From positions 62,001 through 126,000 of the forward strand of contig NC_027216.1 in the NCBI RefSeq assembly GCF_000981445.1: 64,000 nt of DNA, in the 5' to 3' direction. Position 1 is the first letter of the stretch. Every line of letters begins with the position of its first letter. Below the pieces are notes generated by a model. It saw nothing but the letters and a program-made list of their open reading frames with translations. It was not told where the DNA came from and did no database searches. This DNA comes from Babesia bigemina. Taxonomy: Eukaryota. Of this stretch, positions 59,495 to 64,000 are shown piece after piece. Made by a program: the position numbers and the translations under genes.

Positions 59495-60604
59495 ATGAAC
59501 GCCTCTTACATCTTCGCTGCCTTTGTTGGCATTTTCGCATACGCTGTGCAGTTTGCACACTGCAAGCGTGCCTGCGGTTTTGAAAAGATTGAAAGGGGTT
59601 CCAAGAGTATCCTCTTCGTCGGTCACCCTATGATTGATATTTACGCAAGGGCGGACTACTCCGTAGTTGAGCAGTTGAACGTTGCGAAAGGTGAACCGCG
59701 TCTTATCACTCCTGAAACATTCAGGCAGCTTGGTGAGATGGTCAACGTTGAAGCCCGCAATGCTGGTGGTTCGGCTTGCAACACTGCTCGCGCCTTCGGT
59801 TACCTCGGTGGAAAGGCCGCCTTTTTCGGTCTTGTTGGTGAAGATGAGGAGGCTGAAATATTCAAAAAGTCCCTTACCGACAATAATGTTGAGGATCTGA
59901 CTCGTCGTATTCCGGACACTTTCACTTCCCAATTGTACTCTCTTGTGACGCCAGACAAGGAGCGCACCATGTATCTGATGTTCGGCGCTTCTCACAAGCT
60001 GAAGTCCACTGACTTGGATGAGAGCATCATGGAAAGGTTCGACTACTACGCCGTGAACGGTTTCATGTTTGCTGACGAGGAGCAGGTTAAGTTCACTCAC
60101 AAGATGATTGACGCTGCTCTTAACCGCGGTAAAGGTGTCATCACGCTCTTTGCCAACAGCTTCTGCATTCGCCGTAACGGCAAATACTTGAAGCCCATTG
60201 TTGAGGTGTCTGCTTACATTTCTGGTAACCTTGAGGAATATTCCGAGTTGTACGAAATGTCTGACCGTGAAGAATTGTTCCGTATGTTCGAAAAGCGCAC
60301 CCAGGGTATGTTCCCTCAGCACAAGTTGGTTATCATCACTATGGGTGGTGAAGGTGCCATGCTTATCTACAAGGGCAAGCGCTACCACGTGCCTCCTTGC
60401 AACGTGGAGGTCGTTGACACCACTGGTGCTGGTGACTTCTTTGCTGCATCGATTCTCTACGCCGCTTTGAACGGTTTCTCGATGAAGAAGGGTGGCAAGT
60501 TCGCGCATGCTTTGGTTGGCGACATCATTTCGCGCATGGGTATTCAAATCAGCGAAGGTGTCCGTGCCGAGATCGATGAGCTCAAGGACTGCCTTACTCT
60601 TTAA
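59495..60604 (+). CDS. PfkB/adenosine kinase-like paralog 5; signal peptide; intact motifs
   Basis: Leader MNASYIFAAFVGIFAYAVQFAHC; GHPMID, AGGSACN, ERTM, VDTTGAGDFFAA. Confidence 0.92.
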   Translation: MNASYIFAAFVGIFAYAVQFAHCKRACGFEKIERGSKSILFVGHPMIDIYARADYSVVEQLNVAKGEPRLITPETFRQLGEMVNVEARNAGGSACNTARAFGYLGGKAAFFGLVGEDEEAEIFKKSLTDNNVEDLTRRIPDTFTSQLYSLVTPDKERTMYLMFGASHKLKSTDLDESIMERFDYYAVNGFMFADEEQVKFTHKMIDAALNRGKGVITLFANSFCIRRNGKYLKPIVEVSAYISGNLEEYSELYEMSDREELFRMFEKRTQGMFPQHKLVIITMGGEGAMLIYKGKRYHVPPCNVEVVDTTGAGDFFAASILYAALNGFSMKKGGKFAHALVGDIISRMGIQISEGVRAEIDELKDCLTL

Positions 60605-60882
60605 GCAATTTATGTCAACTAGAAGACAATTTCATGTGCTTCCGACGTTTCATTGGCTGACTTCAACACACTCACTCACACAGTTGCTTTTGTTTGAAGG
60701 CGGCATGATTGATGCACATCCAGAAGGCATACGATTGGTATGACGGACGAGACAGCCGACAAAAGGCGACAGCGTAATAGATGCGGGTCGGCACGCATAT
60801 AACGCTGATGCAAATATGTGTGTAATAACGTAGATTGAAAAGGCCACTGATGGTATAGCTGCTGCGTACCGTGCGTTGCAAT

Positions 60883-61164
60883 GGCAGCGTATTGTGCTGT
60901 CTGGGTCAGAAAATGCATTAGCGTTGCGTATGGTTGTACCTGCGTGTTGTCGGTTGACGGTGCGTCATGATGTCTTCGTTCCGCTTTTGCTGGCTGCGCA
61001 TCGTGCATTAACATGCCGTGCGCATTTGTTTTGCGCCGACCTTTTATATACCGGCAAAGTAGTATCGTTATTCCACCCACAGTATACGTGTAAACTTCCT
61101 GCCATGTCATCTGGTGACAAACTGATTGTCCCAGGCTGACTATCGGTACCGGCACTCATCGCTT
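60883..61164. repeat. 282-bp direct repeat, copy 2 (copy 1 at 50412-50693)
   Basis: Identical by eye to 50412-50693; joined to the upstream repeat through a shared GGCAG. Confidence 0.95.
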
Positions 61165-61436
61165 CGCCAACGTCACTTGCTCGGTGATGTTGCGATGCTT
61201 GCCGAGGTGGCACGGCGGATTTGTATGGGTAGTAAGAGCAAATCTAATAGCGTTTGAACGTTATTTTGAGGTGCGTTTCACCCATTCAACAATATCGTGC
61301 GCACCTTCGCGTTGCATGGAGTTGTCGATGCACATTAGTTTGTTTCGGTTTGTCGTTACCGTGTATACAATAGCATCGGCATCTCTTGTGAATGACTAAC
61401 CTTTGTGATAGACTTTCTTACCCTACGTTACCATTT

Positions 61437-63404
61437 TCAGGCTGATGGCATTGCGATGCCAAAAGTAGTTCGCATCGCTCTGCAACCGCCGGCGACTGAA
61501 AAGCAGGCAATCCTTCTTGCCAGCTGAGGCGCCAACCTGTCAATAGCCTTCCGTACCGTCATCGTTGCAGTTCTTGAAGAGTTACCGAGGAAGCAAATGA
61601 ATAGGATAAGAAGATTCCCTTCAATTTTGCCACCTATACATTTTGATTCGATTAGCTCTTCTATGTCGCGCAGTGATTCCTCCGTAGCTGCTTCGGCGTG
61701 TCGCGATTCTAGCACGGCGAACTCATCTACCAGGTTGTCTAGTGCCCAGTGTGCAGCACCTGTGATGTGGCAGAGTTCGTAATGCTCCCTAGGTCTTACG
61801 TCGACGAGGCAGACTGTGCACGGTTCGCCCTGCCAGCTATCCGTGGTTTTGCGGCCGGATAAGCAGCATGAAAGTTTTACGGGCACTCCTTTGTGAGCAT
61901 GCCTCATGTAAATATTCCAAAAGTCGTCGTTGCTGATGGCAATATCGTCCGTAAGCTGGTTGATCTTGCAGGTTTCCCAGGGTACCATCTGTAAACCGCT
62001 GTGGTTGAATATTTATTTCACCCACCTTGATGCGAATAGGCCCAGCGCCATCCCCACAGACTACATAAGGGTCAATTATATCATTCCGCGCATTTTACCT
62101 GTACAATTGGGGTTCTTCGACAGCTGGATGCATCTGAAGGGTTTCGTGACGTTAGTGGTGTCATACATGAGCATACGGCCTGGTGCCAAAACCGCATCGT
62201 CCGCTCCGGCAGCGAGCTTGAGCACCTCCGTAGCCTGCATAGAGGTGTATTTCCACTCCTGAATATCCGCGTTTACCTGCAGGCAACCCAACACCCCGGG
62301 TATTGAGCCCAGCACCCCGGCAGTACTGCACGCCCCCCTTCGTGCCGGGATGGATGTATTCCCCTCCAGCGGGCAGACGCAGCGGAAGCACGGCGTCAAA
62401 TGTGCATCAACGACGCGATTCAGGACCATAAGTTGGCCTTGAGTCCCAATTGCGCTTGCGATAACGAGCGTCTTGCTGTACTTAACGCAAGCATCGTTGA
62501 TGAGGTACCTAGACTGGGGGTTGTCAGTGGCGTCTACGATGATATCGTATTGCGGAATGATGTTTTCCGCCTCGTCTTCACCGCAAAAGCGCTCATATGC
62601 GACGTACGTCCCCTGCGAGGCGATGAGCGGTATAGGTCGTCGAGCGCGTGCTCACCCGTGAATTGATCTTCCTCATCCTCGTCACCGCAGACAATGCTTT
62701 GTTAATGCCTTGATGTTCTTCGTCGTGAACAATTTGCCTGCGCGCACCATATGCTCAAGTGTCGTCTTTGCTCCCAGTACCTGTGCAGGTTGGATGTCTC
62801 TACGACATCTCCGTCCATTACGCCGATGATTCCTACAAGGCCGTGTACAACCATTTCCCAATTATAACGCACCTATCCCTCCAGCGGCGAGGTACATCAG
62901 CAGCGGTGAACCCAACCCACCCGCACCTACCACCAGCACCGCGCACGTCGTGGTGGAATCTACAGCGTATTCGCCCTGCGCCGGGCTAGTGCACTGCTGA
63001 AGCGCCACGAACTGCGGCACGAGACGTTCAGCCTCTTGTTGGCTGAGAGCTGTGCAGAATGGCATTTCTGTGCTTGTGCACAGGCTGCTGATCCGTGTCT
63101 TGTGCCGCCTAAGTGGTGCCCACGGCACGCGGAAGAGGAGTGTCTCCTCCGGCGTAGCACGTTGAACATTCCGTTTTCCGGCGCCCAGACAACCATTAGT
63201 TGGTGGGCAGGTGCGGTTGATCTCTTCCGCACGCTTCCTACAGACTTCCACCGTGCTGTCCGTGTTGCAGCTGTCCGAATCGTTTCCGCCACGTGCAACG
63301 TGTACAGCGGCTCCACCCATAAGACCACTTGTAAGGCAACATTCCGCCAATTCCGTGACACATGTGTCGCTCATTACGCGCTCGTCAAAGACGTGGACTG
63401 TCAT
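61437..63404 (-). CDS. UBA4: UBA4/MOCS3 adenylyltransferase-sulfurtransferase (ThiF domain plus rhodanese), multi-exon
   Basis: VLVVGAGGLGSP, DGDVVETSNLHR, DATDNPQSRYLINDAC, PCFRC, CSTAGVLG; C-terminal rhodanese with DVRP, HITGA and active loop CFLGNSS. Confidence 0.88.
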
Positions 63405-63860
63405 TTTGCAACTGGCCAAGACACATGCTATAGTAGATCTTTCGTTTTGTTTTACGCAAAATAATGCAATTATTAAGCTTCTTAAATGATTGTATTCTAG
63501 GCCATGAGTGTACGTTTTCCCGTGCTGGGGGCAACGTCGCAGATGTGTATAAGGGGCGTCTTAGCCGCCTTCCACGCTTGATAGGCCATAACCGGCTCGT
63601 TAGAGGTCGTTGTATGTGAGGAAGGCTGATGTAACGGTCATCTGGCAGGCAGTGATTATGTGTGCTGTGTGACAGATCGTTTGTCAGCGTGAGCGGCGTC
63701 GTGTTCTTCCGCGCGTGCCGTTCCATGACGGTGTCTGGTTAGTAGGTTGTATTTCACTAGCGCGCCACTGCCCGTAAATTATACAACTAGCGCGAACCCC
63801 TGATTGCGGGGCCACTCGTTTGTTACGCCGTGTCGCTTCTGGCTGTCGTGCGTGAATACC

Positions 63861-64000
63861 ATGCCAGTCAAGGCAAAGCGGAAGTTGCTGAGGGGCGGTG
63901 GGCGCCGCCTGTCCCAAGATTCCGACGATGAGACGCTGGAGGAGAGATTCAACGCCGCATCGCCTTCTGCAACAACGGCGGACAGCATCGATTCGGACGC
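63861..64000 (+). CDS. 5' end of a hypothetical protein truncated by the window edge
   Basis: ATG at 63861 opens MPVKAKRKLLRGGGRRLSQDSDDETLEERFN... with no stop before 64000; divergent from UBA4. Confidence 0.45.
   Translation, partial: MPVKAKRKLLRGGGRRLSQDSDDETLEERFNAASPSATTADSIDSD

Noticed and set aside
48852..60547. Long antisense ORFs (365, 452, 205 and 385 aa) opposite the kinase genes
   Set aside because: Shadow frames expected from the strong sense-strand codon bias; no protein motifs.
54133..61164. Repeats read as a CRISPR array or transposon LTRs
   Set aside because: Eukaryotic context; units are hundreds of bp of gene flank tied to tandem paralogs; no spacers, cas genes, transposase, reverse transcriptase or target-site duplications were seen.

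Overview
Eukaryotic, gene-dense DNA with many short (about 30-45 nt) GT-AG introns. Apicoplast-type genes (GyrA, ClpR) and ves-like variant-antigen genes point to a piroplasm, most likely Babesia (B. bigemina-like by inference). 1-33.4 kb is a compact housekeeping block: RPS2, a signal-peptide/REEL small-HSP-like protein, plant/bacterial-type glutaminyl cyclase, a myosin light chain-like EF-hand protein, a DHHC palmitoyltransferase, a 2858-aa unknown protein, ORC5, mitochondrial L12, a TAF1B/Rrn7-like factor, an ATP9/NEO1-type flippase and apicoplast GyrA. About 33.4-41.4 kb is an AT-richer, gene-sparse accessory island with a GPI-anchored surface protein and two ves-like genes, ending near a 121-bp inverted copy of gyrA. 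ARP4, a SWEET transporter with an unusually long and highly structured intron, a SNAPC1-like protein and GPN2 follow. 48.9-60.6 kb is the most striking region: five co-oriented PfkB/adenosine-kinase-like paralogs. Four have signal peptides, two of those four have degenerate catalytic motifs, and the array shows mosaic segmental repeats, gene-conversion tracts and an embedded ClpR gene. UBA4/MOCS3 and a truncated ORF end the window. All exon models and family calls were made by eye from motifs and splice signals; no searches were run.
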